Of a stretch of 64,000 nucleotides of DNA, positions 39,449-49,658 are shown piece after piece (position 1 is the first letter of the stretch; each line of letters begins with the position of its first letter). The stretch comes from an uncultured virus (IMG/VR IMGVR_UViG_3300005837_002722). Lineage: Duplodnaviria; Heunggongvirae; Uroviricota; Caudoviricetes. Below the pieces are notes generated by a model, which was not told the DNA's origin, made no database searches, and saw nothing but the letters and a program-made list of their open reading frames with translations. The position numbers and the translations under genes are program-made. Location of the stretch: IMG/VR virus record IMGVR_UViG_3300005837_002722; one strand, 5' to 3'.

Positions 39449-41498
39449 TCATTTTGTTGTGGCAATGAATACTCCATTCCAATCTTTAGGTAATTTCTGT
39501 GTCTTCATATATTCACAGCGTTCAATCCACATTGTGTAGTAGCCTTCCATTTTGCCATCAAAGTGTCTCATAAGTCTTTCACAAATATAAATTGCTTCAT
39601 CAAACTTCTGTGCTTTATATGCTTCATGCATTTGATCATGCATCTTTAAACTTTTCTTCCAACTTGCTTTAACATCTTTTGCACGTTCTAATACTGTGTA
39701 AATTGTAATGCCTACAGTTTTTCCTTTAACTGCTAGATCATCTATTTTAAGATAGAAAAAGTCGTCTTTGGTTGTTCTGTGTGTCGCTTCTCCAACAAGT
39801 AGTACACATCCGTACTCTTTACATTTGCTTTCAATACGAGCGGCTGTACTGACTGCATCGCCGAGGACATCGTAACTATGACGCTGGGTTGAACCCATTT
39901 CGCCAAGATAGCCAAGGCCAGTATTGATGCCAGCACCCATACCAACAGGCGGGCGACCTTCACTTGTAATTCGTTCATTAAACTTCTCCACTGCTTTTAA
40001 CATGTTCAGTCCACATTGAACTGCTGACTTAGGATGATTGGGATCATCTATAGGTGCATTGTGTATGTGCATACTTGCATCACCNNATAACCATACCATC
40101 TGAATCTAATATAGGCTGTGTAATTGCATCCATGTAACCATTCATAATTTTTGTAAGTCCTGCAACATCATCACCAAATGATTCTCCTAGTGGTGTAAAG
40201 CCACGTAGGTCTGAGAAACAAATTGATACTTCTTTTTTCATACCTTCTTTGATTAGTGCAGGATTCTCTTGTAGCATACGCACGACTGTTGGTGATGCGT
40301 ATCCAGCAAACTGTTTCTTGATCTTTTGCTTTTCAAAGAACTCTACTACAAATCTATTGAATATAGCATGTAGGCCAACAAGTATTATAACTGCCAGCGG
40401 TATAGTAATATCCAGCAAATAAAGGTGGTTTGTCCATGCATAGAGACCTGTATACACTGTCCCTCCTGCTAATAGTACAATAGTACCTCCTACCACCCAA
40501 AACGGTGCTTTTACTGTGATCAGTATAATAAGCAGTCCTAGTACTACGGTTAATGCAAGTTCTAGTGTGTATGCCCAATCTGGACGCTGTATTTGATCTC
40601 CGTCAATTACAGTTTGTAGTGTAATGGCTGTTGGTATATGTGCATGTGCAGGTCCTGTTGGTGTAGCAATCATAGTGCTAATACCTTCTGCTGTTATACC
40701 AATTACAACTGTTTTGCCATTAAACTTTGCATAGTTTTCAAAGTCAACTGCTGAAACAGTTTCAAATTCTTTATTCCAACGCAACCATATTTGTGCGTTT
40801 GGATCTGTTTTTATTGTTGCGTATCCTGGAACACGAATTGCTTGTACTCCTGTGTCTCCTGCTTTCATTTGGTAACTTGGATCACCTACAGCAACACGAA
40901 TAACTTCTACAGCAATGTTTGGATACGTTTCATCTCCAACACGCATGATTAATGGTACACGTCTAGTAACACCATCTACTTCTGGAAATGTATTGATAAC
41001 ACCAACACCATCTGCCGCTTCGCCTAGCAAACGAATAGGACCTAACATGCCTGGCCATTCAAATAACCAATCCATAGGATTGCCTATTTTAGCAACACCT
41101 CTTGGAACAGCATTTTTATTTGTTTGTGTTGTTCCAACTTGTGCAATAACTACACCATTATCTCGTAGTGCTTCTACAAGTTCCATGTCGCCACCAAGTC
41201 TATCTGGTTCTGCAAATAGTATTGGGAGTACAATGATACCAGCGCCTGCTTCACGCAAACGCCAAATTAATTCTGCAAGTACATCACGCTTAAAAGGCCA
41301 CTGACCAAACTGTTCTATTGTTGCTTCATCTATTTCTAATACAGCAACGTCAGGACTTAGTTGTACAGGGTCTTGTTGTTGAATTATATCAAAACTTTTT
41401 AGCCTAGCAACTTCCGTAACATAGTTGCTGTTAAGGTGTACATAAAATAGTACACACAAGGTAATCAAGGCAGTTGCCCAATGTGTAATATACTTCAT
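39449..41498 (-). CDS. CHASE2-domain class III adenylate cyclase (one gene split by NNN gap at 40085-40087)
   Basis: IDEATIEQFGQWPF.R, DGVTRRVPL, 3 TM, FSDLRGFT, GDA, GINTG..GEMGS..R.SYDVLGDAV..AARIE. Confidence 0.9.
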
Positions 41499-41501
41499 CT
41501 G

Positions 41502-41849
41502 TTATCCTACTATTACAAGTGTTGGTTCACCGGATATTAGACTTACAATTACACTTGCTACTAACCAAAGTATAATCATATATCCAAGCCACCAGTACCA
41601 TTTATTACCACGCTTGTCCATGAATCGTTTTGTTGCACGTTTAGTTCCTAATGGATCTTTTGATGCCGCCCAACCAAACAATTTATCGTTCCAATTAAAT
41701 GGTGGTAGTTTCCAAAACACTACTGGAATAAGCAAATAAAAAATAAACACTGGATAATCATCACTAGGTTCTGTGTGTCCGCCATAGATAGCGACCACCA
41801 ATAGTGCTAGAATATACCAACCGATGTAACTTCTTAAATGTGTTAACAT
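41502..41849 (-). CDS. hypothetical membrane protein
   Basis: three hydrophobic segments. Confidence 0.55.
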   Translation of the reverse strand: MLTHLRSYIGWYILALLVVAIYGGHTEPSDDYPVFIFYLLIPVVFWKLPPFNWNDKLFGWAASKDPLGTKRATKRFMDKRGNKWYWWLGYMIILWLVASVIVSLISGEPTLVIVG

Positions 41850-42091
41850 ACATGTATTTATTGGGTTTTAACCCTTAAACTCTTCTAATACCGGCTTCCA
41901 TTCCCATTTAGGAACTTCGCTCCAAAACTCTTTTGGACTAACGAAAGTTGTTTCCCAAACTCCGTTTATAACACGATATTCGAAGTATGCATGTGTAATC
42001 CATATCATGCAACCAGCAATGATTAATCCACAGCATAACATATATATTTTTTCTGTTTTTGAAAATATGTGATCTTGATTATAGTTTGACA

Positions 42092-42382
42092 TTAGCATCT
42101 CCCATCCGCTGTATAGTTTCTATTGCGACCCCAACAAGGGTTTAGATTACCTTTTGCACCATTTGGTAATGCTAGTCCTGGATATCTAAAATGTGGATTT
42201 GCCTCAAGAAAAGACGCCGTTAATTTATTCTCTTCTAAGTATAAACTTTGTCTGTGATCTAATGCACACTTGCCGGCTTTTCTAAAGTCAAATTTGAAAC
42301 GTTCTTCTACGGGTAAATTTCGATCATACCCGAAATGATCTAAACAATTTTTCATGTACTCATTTACATCTATTGCGTCCAT
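42092..42382 (-). CDS. hypothetical protein
   Basis: SD-led ORF in curli operon tail. Confidence 0.5.
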   Translation of the reverse strand: MDAIDVNEYMKNCLDHFGYDRNLPVEERFKFDFRKAGKCALDHRQSLYLEENKLTASFLEANPHFRYPGLALPNGAKGNLNPCWGRNRNYTADGRC

Positions 42383-42407
42383 GATTTTTGCTCCTACTCC
42401 TGCTTCA

Positions 42408-42563
42408 CTATGCGATAACTAGTCCTGTTAAAACTCCTATCCATAGTCCTACCACACCTCCTAATGAAAGTGCTATTACGAGATCAACAGTTTTAAACCT
42501 ATATGGAAACTGTTGTTTGATCTTATTCCAATGTTTGTGTTCCTGCTCAGTTAACAAATACAT
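42408..42563 (-). CDS. small C-terminal-TM protein
   Basis: Not in the track: MYLLTEQEHKHWNKIKQQFP...GLWIGVLTGLVIA; resembles 38875-39027. Confidence 0.45.
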   Translation of the reverse strand: MYLLTEQEHKHWNKIKQQFPYRFKTVDLVIALSLGGVVGLWIGVLTGLVIA

Positions 42564-42582
42564 TGCTTTCTCCCATTCTATA

Positions 42583-43590
42583 TCAGTTTTGTGTTACGGT
42601 TACTGAACAACCGTTGGCATTAGTACAAATGCCTGTTAAACTATAAGTCTTATCTGAACTTGCTGTTTGGTTTACATCTAGATTGTAGCCTCCACCTGCG
42701 TTAGTCAAGTCAATATTTGCTGTATGTGAACCATAGCGTTGATGAACATCTACAGTGTGTCCGTCATCTAAAACTATGTCAGCATATTGATCATCTGAGT
42801 TACCACGTTGTAGCAAGGTGACGTTATTATTGTCACCATCTATTTCAATATAACCTTCGTGATCACCAGCACCACGCTGTGTATGTTTTACAGTGTTGCT
42901 ATCACCTGTAATATAATTTGCTATATGTTGCCCACCATTGCCGTTATCATCAGTCTGATAACTTTCTAGTGTATTGCTGTTACCTGATACAATCCAATAC
43001 ACTTCATTGTCGCCTGTTTCACTATTGTCTATGTTACCATCTTCGTGTTTACCTTGCCATGCTGTAATATCATTGCTGTTTCCATTTACTGTAACTCTAG
43101 CAAGGTTGTTACTCTGATTATGTATCTGCACATCTATTGTATTGCTATCACCATTAAGCACTTCAGCATAAACATTATTGCTGTCGCCGCCATCAATAGT
43201 AACTGAGATAGTGTTATCTTCATCGTATCCATTACCTATTTCTGTGTGAGTAACATTATAATTACCATCAACATCTAGTGTAATGTCATTACGATCACCA
43301 TGATTATCTATTGCATTTGTATTGTTATTTCCGTCTACGTCTGCTGTTATTGTTTGATTATTGCCTGAAGTCCAGATGCGATATTGATTTGTATTTCCTG
43401 TCTGGCTAAGGGTTGTTGTCTTACTGTTACCACTTAAAACTGCATCACCACTGCCGTAAAGTCCTTCAACCTGATTGTTCTCACCATCTTGTGTAATGGT
43501 CAGATCTAGATTGTTACCTGCTTGACTGATATAGATATCATTTGCAGATGCTTTAGTTACGCTGAGTAATGTCAATACTGTTACCGCCAT
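42583..43590 (-). CDS. curlin-repeat protein (long)
   Basis: signal peptide, then ANDIYISQAGNNL; many xxQ/xG..N beta-solenoid repeats; start uncertain (43590 or 43650). Confidence 0.75.
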   Translation of the reverse strand: MAVTVLTLLSVTKASANDIYISQAGNNLDLTITQDGENNQVEGLYGSGDAVLSGNSKTTTLSQTGNTNQYRIWTSGNNQTITADVDGNNNTNAIDNHGDRNDITLDVDGNYNVTHTEIGNGYDEDNTISVTIDGGDSNNVYAEVLNGDSNTIDVQIHNQSNNLARVTVNGNSNDITAWQGKHEDGNIDNSETGDNEVYWIVSGNSNTLESYQTDDNGNGGQHIANYITGDSNTVKHTQRGAGDHEGYIEIDGDNNNVTLLQRGNSDDQYADIVLDDGHTVDVHQRYGSHTANIDLTNAGGGYNLDVNQTASSDKTYSLTGICTNANGCSVTVTQN

Positions 43591-44689
43591 CGCCAATGCG
43601 ATAATCGTATTGCTCCCAGTCGCTCTGTTGCATGTTAAGGTTGTATCCATAATTTTGATTCAATCTCAATTCTAAATAGTTGTCACCTTGGTTATCTTCT
43701 CTTTTGATTACCCAAGATTCGTTGCTTTTATCTTCTTCTAGTGTTATACCTGTTGTTGCATCAAATCCTAATTTCTGTGGTAGTCGAACATCACTGAAGT
43801 CTTTGGACTTTTTAAACTCATCTTCAAGTTGTTTAGCAAGTGCAATGTTTAACTGTTCTAGAATGTCTATCAATAGATCAGCAAGTAAAAAGTCAAATTG
43901 ATCTAATTCAGTATGCCATTCTTCATCGCTAAATCCAAGTTGATCAGTATTAAGTTCTTCAAACTCAAGGAAGTCAACATCAAGTATATTCGCAAGTTTT
44001 TTGCGATTGGCTCGTTCTTCTTCCTCTTCTTCGTATGGATTCTTTTTGCGTAATATCAATATCGAATTAATATCACTTTCTGATAGTGGTATAACTAATG
44101 GTGGTGTAGGTGTCATTGCTCTGTGTTTTACCACAGTTGCTTGAAAGGCCTGATTAAGTACTACTTGACCAACGTCACTGTCTACTGTAATTTCGCCTAC
44201 AAAGCAATTACCTGAAGTATCGCAACTAGGTAACAGTGTAATCATACTATTACCAATTTCATCTACCAGCATAACAAAGTCAGTACCACGCACACCAATT
44301 GTTGCACTTGGTGTTCGTATCTTAACGTTCTGTTTGTACTTTTTTGCTATTTGCCCGCTGGCATATCTAACAGTTCCCAGGCTGGCTTTTAAAGAAAGTT
44401 TACCTACTCCATTTGCGGGATCATAAACAAACTCATCAATAACCAGCCTCGAGTGTTCTGTGATATCCACTCGAGTGTCATCTATGAAGTCAATTCTCAG
44501 TCGTCCTGCCGCAGTGATGGCCGTGTCAAGAGGTTCAATTGCCAAACCTTGATCAGTTTGGATCTCGTCTCCTTTACGATCAATAATACTGCTTCCCTTA
44601 TACTCAGTAACTTCTCCAATAGTGGCCCATGCACTTGACATTGTGGCCAGAGAAATCCAAAATACAAAGGCGACTAAGAACTTATACAT
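43553..44689 (-). CDS. FecR-domain exported protein
   Basis: signal peptide; I.FIDDTRV.ITEHSRLVIDEF.YDP, TPSATIGVRGTDF. Confidence 0.85.
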   Translation of the reverse strand: MYKFLVAFVFWISLATMSSAWATIGEVTEYKGSSIIDRKGDEIQTDQGLAIEPLDTAITAAGRLRIDFIDDTRVDITEHSRLVIDEFVYDPANGVGKLSLKASLGTVRYASGQIAKKYKQNVKIRTPSATIGVRGTDFVMLVDEIGNSMITLLPSCDTSGNCFVGEITVDSDVGQVVLNQAFQATVVKHRAMTPTPPLVIPLSESDINSILILRKKNPYEEEEEERANRKKLANILDVDFLEFEELNTDQLGFSDEEWHTELDQFDFLLADLLIDILEQLNIALAKQLEDEFKKSKDFSDVRLPQKLGFDATTGITLEEDKSNESWVIKREDNQGDNYLELRLNQNYGYNLNMQQSDWEQYDYRIGDGGNSIDITQRN

Positions 44690-44691
44690 TC

Positions 44692-45417
44692 TTAGTCACT
44701 CTGAGTAATATCTACATCAAAACTATCACCATCGATAGTTAAGTCAATTGTGTTGTCGTAAACACCAGTTTGTGAAATGTCAATTGTTCCACCACCACCT
44801 GTTACGTCAACTGTTGCTGTATGACCTGCACTGTCTCCAATGCCTGATTGTACAGTTGTCAATTCAACACCTTCGTCGCTGTTAGAACTTGTTGTAGCCA
44901 AACTTGCTGAGTTATCAATTGTAACAGTTAGTGCCGCACTTACACCATCAATGTCTGAGTCGATGATTGAATTATCACCAGTTACAGTAAATGATACTGT
45001 TGACGAGTCTGCACTTGCTGATTCACCAATATCAAAGTCAAATTGGTTACCGTCTCCTGTTGCGGTAATATTAAGTGTTACGCTATCACAGTTTCCTGCA
45101 CTTGCACTAGAACATGCTAGATCTACAGTGTTTGAATCACCTGTAAATGCCCATGTACCTGTATAAGTAGCGCCTTTAATTACTGCCGCAATTGTGTTCA
45201 TATTACCTGTCTGTGTAATATCAAAGTTCATTGTATCACCAGCCAAAGTAACATCTGTTGTACTAGTACCGATAACGTTGTTTTGTCCATCTTGATCAAT
45301 GTCCAAATCTAAGTTATCGCCACTTTGGGTTATATAAATGTCATTAGCCAAAGTTGCTGTAGTCGAGATTACTAATACAGCCATTATGGCCAAAAACAAG
45401 TCTCTTATCTTAGTCAT
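44692..45417 (-). CDS. curlin-repeat protein (CsgA/B-like)
   Basis: signal peptide, then ANDIYITQSGDNL; I.Q.G..N repeats; ends VDITQSD. Confidence 0.75.
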   Translation of the reverse strand: MTKIRDLFLAIMAVLVISTTATLANDIYITQSGDNLDLDIDQDGQNNVIGTSTTDVTLAGDTMNFDITQTGNMNTIAAVIKGATYTGTWAFTGDSNTVDLACSSASAGNCDSVTLNITATGDGNQFDFDIGESASADSSTVSFTVTGDNSIIDSDIDGVSAALTVTIDNSASLATTSSNSDEGVELTTVQSGIGDSAGHTATVDVTGGGGTIDISQTGVYDNTIDLTIDGDSFDVDITQSD

Positions 45418-46261
45418 CGTGTAACTCCTTGTTTTCCGATGAAACTACAGTAGGTTTATTGTTTTTCTTGCTTTTCCAATAACCTTGTAGTTCTCCTTGT
45501 TTTACTATCTCGATCACGCCTGCTTCTATAGCCGCTCTCACGGCGTAGTTCACTGGTTCGTTAGTGCTAAATCCTGTTTCGGCCTCTATAGCCTTGGTTC
45601 CCATATCTAGGAACTTAAACACATCAGCACCTGATCTATAACTCGCAATTGATTTCTCAGTTGCGATCGTCAGTAGCACCTCTCCAGTACTAACTGACAC
45701 GATTCTTAAACTTACAGTCACAGTATCAACTCTATACTCAGTTTGTGCTCCAATACCTAAGTATCTTGCACCGACACCGCCTGCTCTTATGTTAGCGTCA
45801 TATCCAACTATACCACCTTCAATTAATAATCCTGCAAATAATAAAGGTTTTAATTTTTCAGGACCGTTCTTCTTATTTTTGTCATATACTTCTCTTGTCG
45901 ATCTAATTAATTGTCTTTCTTTAACTACATTGTCAAGTCCTGTTCTTTCTACAACTCTGAACCAACTGCCATTGCCTAATTCTTTCAATGCTTGTATAAC
46001 CCATACGTCTGCTCCCTGTGTAACTGCCGAACTTAGATTTGCTATGTTCTCTGCAGGTTTACGCTGTCCAGTTTTATCGTTAAACGAATAAACACCAATA
46101 GTGATTATTTCCCCATCTAGTGGAGGATAGTTTTTCAACTTGTCCTCAACAGGGGATAACTGTACCTCTGGCGCTTTGACCAGAGCCTGTGGAAATTTGT
46201 GTCCAGCACATCCTGCTAACGTTAGTGTCGCAATCAATGCCCATATGGCTGTAAAACGCAT
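45410..46261 (-). CDS. csgG: curli secretion channel lipoprotein
   Basis: lipobox LAGC, VYSF.DKTGQRKP, SSAVTQG, WFRVVERTGL...KERQLIR, EGGIVGYD, NEP. Confidence 0.92.
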   Translation of the reverse strand: MRFTAIWALIATLTLAGCAGHKFPQALVKAPEVQLSPVEDKLKNYPPLDGEIITIGVYSFNDKTGQRKPAENIANLSSAVTQGADVWVIQALKELGNGSWFRVVERTGLDNVVKERQLIRSTREVYDKNKKNGPEKLKPLLFAGLLIEGGIVGYDANIRAGGVGARYLGIGAQTEYRVDTVTVSLRIVSVSTGEVLLTIATEKSIASYRSGADVFKFLDMGTKAIEAETGFSTNEPVNYAVRAAIEAGVIEIVKQGELQGYWKSKKNNKPTVVSSENKELHDD

Positions 46262-46740
46262 TAAAAATTAAAGTCTCCAATTGGCACCGTTAGTTCTGTA
46301 AAAGTTCCATCATCCTGACTTATTTGAATGGTGATGGTAGATGCCGTGGTATCTTTTATCCAATAGATTTCCGCCCCATCAATATCTGCTGTCCCTGTCG
46401 TAGGACAGTCAGTAGTAGTCGTTTCGTCACACGTTGCAAACATGTTATCAACTAACTGTTTACTCAATGTTGCGTATATACGACTTTCTACATTTTTCAG
46501 GAATTTGGCGAGAGTTGTATTTTCGGCTTCACGCTCCGCTTCACGAAGTTCTGCTTCACGTTGCTCCTCCAGTTCCTTCTTACGATTGAATTGTAACTGC
46601 TCGACACTTAGAACGTGAGTCGAGTATCCATTCCCGTAATGGAATGCTGGTGATTTGAACGACCAGTTTAACTCTCCTGCGGACGCTGACGCCATCAAGA
46701 TATATAAACCAATCGTAGTGGTATAGAAAAGAGATTTCAT
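46261..46740 (-). CDS. csgF: curli assembly protein
   Basis: signal peptide, then ELNWSFKSPAF..G; F...VESRIYA.LS.QL; directly upstream of csgG. Confidence 0.8.
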   Translation of the reverse strand: MKSLFYTTTIGLYILMASASAGELNWSFKSPAFHYGNGYSTHVLSVEQLQFNRKKELEEQREAELREAEREAENTTLAKFLKNVESRIYATLSKQLVDNMFATCDETTTTDCPTTGTADIDGAEIYWIKDTTASTITIQISQDDGTFTELTVPIGDFNF

Positions 46741-46884
46741 CTCACTACTCCTTTTGCCCTCTAAATGCCTTCCGACTATTTATCGGGTCATGCTCTACCG
46801 AGTTTATCTCTGCATACTATTTATTCAAAGGTGTAAAAATGTTTACACATAAATACTCATATATTCCATTTTTTGAGGTACAAA

Positions 46885-47127
46885 ATGACTACAGAACAGA
46901 ACGAGCAGGTGATTCTGTGGGACGCTTTAGAAGAAGCATTTCCGAAGAATAAAAAGTTTACAGCGAATCTAAAAGAAGAAATAGAACAAGCAGAACAAAA
47001 TATGATTGAGATAGCCTACAGGGATAATAACTATAACCAAAGCAGAACTGCAAAGGCTTTGAATATCAGCAGACCTTTACTTATTCACAAGTTAAAGAAA
47101 TACTCACTGTTGAAAGATTCTATCTAG
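46885..47127 (+). CDS. Fis-type HTH DNA-binding protein
   Basis: E..MI..A...NYNQSRTAKALNISR.LL.HKLKKY. Confidence 0.8.
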   Translation: MTTEQNEQVILWDALEEAFPKNKKFTANLKEEIEQAEQNMIEIAYRDNNYNQSRTAKALNISRPLLIHKLKKYSLLKDSI

Positions 47128-47643
47128 AATATTTTGTGCTTGGCTTTCGCCGGCAGTAATTAGAGCATCTTCCCAATGTAGCATTGGGGAAAAGATCCAT
47201 TCATTATCACTTTGAAAGTGACTCCAGTTCTTGCGAACGTGGATTTCATGTTCTAGTTGTGTGGGACTCCAGGTACTATGTCCTAGAAATATTTTGAATT
47301 CACCTTCTAGTTTACCAGCATTTATATCTCTAATAATTTGACGATCTTTGCTTATACTATAGTTGCCATAATTTTTAGTTCCTGGTAATACATGATCTGG
47401 TGAGTGTATGACCAATACTGTGTCTAGTTGTACAGGTCCTCCCCAAAATACATGTCTAAAGTATTTTGAATCTAGGTGAATGTGTGTGCTTAGGCTTTCA
47501 ACAACCTGTTTATCCATTGGTTTATTCAAAACAAAACCCATTGCACCTGCAGGCGAATGACTGCAAATTTGTACAAAACTACGACCAAAATTTGGATCTT
47601 GTAGTTGCGGTAATGCAACAAGTATGTGATTTGTTAGACTCAA
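47104..47643 (-). CDS. YqgE/AlgH (DUF179) family
   Basis: LVA.PQL.DPNF.RS...C.H...GAMGFVLNKP, GGPV, F.G...W...QLE.E; TTG start after AAGGAG. Confidence 0.88.
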   Translation of the reverse strand: MSLTNHILVALPQLQDPNFGRSFVQICSHSPAGAMGFVLNKPMDKQVVESLSTHIHLDSKYFRHVFWGGPVQLDTVLVIHSPDHVLPGTKNYGNYSISKDRQIIRDINAGKLEGEFKIFLGHSTWSPTQLEHEIHVRKNWSHFQSDNEWIFSPMLHWEDALITAGESQAQNILDRIFQQ

Positions 47644-47666
47644 GTTGTTCTCCTTTGCGTACAATT

Positions 47667-47684
47667 GTATTTACCGATAAATAC
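47667..47684. promoter_or_regulatory. back-to-back TAAATAC late-type motifs
   Basis: GTATTTA-CCGA-TAAATAC between divergent genes. Confidence 0.5.
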
Positions 47685-47699
47685 TAATGGGAGAACGCA

Positions 47700-48143
47700 A
47701 TGGACGAAATTATGACAGCAAATCAGGTAGGTGTTGAGATTACTAACCTTATCATGCCTTTTTTAAGTGCATTGGTAATGCTAGTTGTCGTTCTATGGTT
47801 TAAAGACTTTGCAGGTAAAATTGCAAAAGGTATGGCATTTAAAATGGACAAGGCTTTCAATGAAGGCGATAAAGTTCTATTAGATGGCGTTGATAGTGTT
47901 ATTGTAAAGATAGGACTAACAACAACTGTGTTTGGTTTATATGGTGAAAAAGGTTACACTTGGCGCTATGTACCAAATGAAAGAATACCTACATTGAAGT
48001 TGGAAAAAATTATCAATCCACATCTTCATCCAGATACTGATGAAGAACGCGGTCGCAAGTTACAGGCTCTTATTGACGCAGTTCAAGATGAACGTATAAC
48101 CGAAAATAAGAATGCCATTGAGCAAATCAAGAACGGAAAGTAG
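47700..48143 (+). CDS. MscS-like short membrane protein
   Basis: Reads ATGGACGAAATT on the + strand (track strand label is wrong); FNEGDKVLLDG....IVKIGL..T, YVPN. Confidence 0.65.
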   Translation: MDEIMTANQVGVEITNLIMPFLSALVMLVVVLWFKDFAGKIAKGMAFKMDKAFNEGDKVLLDGVDSVIVKIGLTTTVFGLYGEKGYTWRYVPNERIPTLKLEKIINPHLHPDTDEERGRKLQALIDAVQDERITENKNAIEQIKNGK

Positions 48144-48144
48144 C

Positions 48145-48342
48145 ATGTTAGCAGTATTCGCTATTGTAGCGACTGCATTGTTTTTTGAAGACAATGCAGA
48201 GTTTGTCGAACGAGCAAATGAAAATTGGGCAGATGGAATGACTTGGCACTATACAGGTGTACAAGAGCCAGACGGTAATCCAGCCATTACATTTAAACGT
48301 GAAGACGGTACGCAATTCATCATCTTCAAAATGAAAAACTAA
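48145..48342 (+). CDS. hypothetical protein
   Basis: ORF directly after the MscS-like gene. Confidence 0.5.
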   Translation: MLAVFAIVATALFFEDNAEFVERANENWADGMTWHYTGVQEPDGNPAITFKREDGTQFIIFKMKN

Positions 48343-49113
48343 TTATTTTGGATTTTTTGTTGAGTCAGCAATCGCTCTTAATTTATCTCTATACAGACCC
48401 ATGCTGTGATCAAACACGCCATCGAAAGGCTGTTTCTTCTGCCACGCACGAATTCTACCACGCCACTGATCTTTAATTCTTTGCCACCATGTCATTGAAC
48501 GAGTATTACCATAATGATTGATGTAGTGTAGTTTACCTACATGAACATACATCAACAGTGCTGGTGGTACTCTACAAACAATGTCATTGTTGTTTACGAA
48601 TCTGTGTAATTCGTTGTTGTTATTGTATGCACTTCTAAAACTTCTAGTACCTACTCTTGGTGAACCATAGTTGTAACAACGTGCAGGTTCGTGCCAACGT
48701 GAACTAGCAACTGTACTCATTGCTCCGCCTAAACTGTGTCCTGTAAAATACACACGGCTAGTACATTCACTTTTTACATACGCTTCTACTTCATTCCAAA
48801 TCTTATCAACTTCACCTCTGAATCCTGAATGGACCCAACCATCAAGTCTTGACTTTTTTGGAAATGCATTTAGATCTGCTAGGATATCACTTGCTTGTTT
48901 TGGTTCTGTTCCTCTAAAAGCAACAACTGTAATGTCACCTTTAACTGCAACAAAAGCCTGTGCTCCATCTTTGTCAAACATTTTGTATTTGTCTAGTTTT
49001 GCTGTTCTAGCAAACTTACGCATACTCAATTTACCGTAGTATGCGGCACTGGCACAATCTGCCAAGTCAGCCGCTTTCTCGTAAGAAAAAGCATCATCTT
49101 TCCATTCTAACAT
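48343..49113 (-). CDS. class 3 lipase
   Basis: VAFRGTE, VHSGF, TGHSLGGA, YGSPRVG, NDIV.RVP, DH. Confidence 0.9.
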   Translation of the reverse strand: MLEWKDDAFSYEKAADLADCASAAYYGKLSMRKFARTAKLDKYKMFDKDGAQAFVAVKGDITVVAFRGTEPKQASDILADLNAFPKKSRLDGWVHSGFRGEVDKIWNEVEAYVKSECTSRVYFTGHSLGGAMSTVASSRWHEPARCYNYGSPRVGTRSFRSAYNNNNELHRFVNNNDIVCRVPPALLMYVHVGKLHYINHYGNTRSMTWWQRIKDQWRGRIRAWQKKQPFDGVFDHSMGLYRDKLRAIADSTKNPK

Positions 49114-49192
49114 AAGTTGTATCCTGTTCTACTTTAGTTTATACATAGTATTTACCAGGATTTAGGAAAAAATAGCAAGTTAATTATGCATA

Positions 49193-49606
49193 CTAGTATC
49201 GATTACCACGCAATGCAAAGTATAGTCCGCCTACCCATAACAATACATGGAAATGATCATATAGTAATACTTCTAGTAAACTAGTTGGTTCTGCTATCCA
49301 TATGACTCCCGTCATTATACAACCAATTGTAAAACCACAAAATCTTGTTAAAAGATCTCCTAGTTCTCTAGTCCACCAATTAGCAAGTATACCACCTACA
49401 ATTAAACCTAGGCCTGCGCCAAGTTCTCCGTAGGCTACTACCCACCAAACGAGATAAGGCAGACCAAAAGAGTCTGCCGTATCTGGATCTACTGGAATTT
49501 TATCGTATCCCTGTTGAATAAAAATAACTGCTAAGGGTATACGCAGTAACCAATGACTGAGACAAAACTCAGGAATTGCGTTACTTATTTTTTTGATAAG
49601 TGTCAA
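49193..49606 (-). CDS. DoxX family membrane protein
   Basis: LLRIPLAVIFIQQG..K, VAYGELGAG. Confidence 0.75.
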   Translation of the reverse strand: MTLIKKISNAIPEFCLSHWLLRIPLAVIFIQQGYDKIPVDPDTADSFGLPYLVWWVVAYGELGAGLGLIVGGILANWWTRELGDLLTRFCGFTIGCIMTGVIWIAEPTSLLEVLLYDHFHVLLWVGGLYFALRGNRY

Positions 49607-49658
49607 ATCAATTACTTACCGTTAATGAAGTCTGCTTCTTCGTCAGTATAAGGCCACA

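Noticed and set aside
39172..39477. 101-aa minus-strand coiled-coil ORF
   Set aside because: Largely antisense to the well-supported DUF3307 gene; cannot be supported, though not formally excluded
40080..40099. Apparent split or frameshift of the CHASE2 cyclase
   Set aside because: The break coincides with NNN at 40085-40087 and removes the KYIG motif; assembly gap, not recoding
47700..48143. ORF track labels this 147-aa ORF as minus strand
   Set aside because: The sequence reads ATGGACGAAATTATG on the + strand from 47700 with a GGGAG SD; annotated as + strand
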